The notes under the pieces are model-generated. The model was not told the origin of the DNA. It made no database searches and was given only the letters and a program-made list of their open reading frames with translations. From Bdellovibrionales bacterium (GTDB lineage Bacteria; Bdellovibrionota; Bdellovibrionia; Bdellovibrionales; JAUICD01), in assembly GCA_965262715.1 (NCBI GenBank), contig OZ253553.1, positions 416,001 to 480,000 of the forward strand: 64,000 bases of DNA, given 5' to 3'. The translations under genes were made by a program, and so were the position numbers. Below, one piece after another: positions 63,572 to 64,000 of this stretch (the first letter of the stretch is position 1; each line of letters starts with the position of its first letter).

Positions 63572-64000
63572 GAGGTTGTCCCATAGATCGGTGAAATTTT
63601 CTTATAGGAATTAGAAGAAAGTAGAGCTCTCGGCTATCCTAAGTGGTCTAGCCGTTGTTTACTGTTTTTATTTTATCAGGAAATAGATAACAGAAAGGAG
63701 CTATTATGAAGAGTAGTAAGAATGGTTATTCAATTCAAGTTTTATCATCTGAGTCAAATGAGATTCGAGAGATCCTAGAGCATCGCATGAGATCAATGGT
63801 TATTAATATGATCCATGATTTCTTTGAGGATGAGTTATTATCACTGTGTGGTAAGCGTCATGTTCGTGGTCGTGATACAAGATATTACAGAGCGGGTAGT
63901 GATTCTGGGAGTGTTCTTGCACAAGGTCAAAGGCTTCAGGTGAGGAAGCCTAGGGTGAAGGAGAAGGGAGGTTCTGATATTAAGCTGCGGTCTTATTCAG
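63572..64000 (+). mobile_element. Second IS256 copy (partial; transposase starts at 63706), inserted in the IS1634 target duplication
   Basis: Nearly identical to the reverse complement of ~16145-16573. Confidence 0.93.

Overview
AT-rich bacterial chromosomal window, most likely from a Bdellovibrionota organism. This is inferred from a Bd0055-like bacterial histone, a DUF4105 protein, resB/ccsA and many secreted hypothetical proteins. Main contents: (1) An approximately 15.5 kb defence island (about 37.7-53.2 kb) with a DNA phosphorothioation operon dndB-C-D-E-A facing a pbeABCD-like module (PLD-helicase, a 59-aa ORF missed by the ORF track, an SMC-like ATPase and dnd-associated protein 4). 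Three extra genes sit with it: two ParB/Srx-like proteins and one PD-(D/E)xK nuclease-like protein. Its left border carries interleaved duplicated 3' ends of both flanking genes. (2) An expanded, decaying family of secreted zincin-like proteins in which most copies have lost the catalytic Glu (HExxH to HKxxH or YQxxH). (3) A dispersed and tandem ~150-nt non-coding element family whose stems covary strongly between copies (three-way junction, bulged A, GNRA loops), plus RPE-like palindromes and nested MITEs. (4) IS256 (x2), IS30 and IS1634 (x2, with very long target duplications), and several pseudogenes. (5) Housekeeping and accessory genes: SLT lytic transglycosylase, RelBE-like toxin-antitoxin pair, S8 protease, metallophosphoesterase, cobalamin adenosyltransferase, GDPD, TAXI-TRAP transporter and der. 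No rRNA, tRNA or CRISPR array was recognised.
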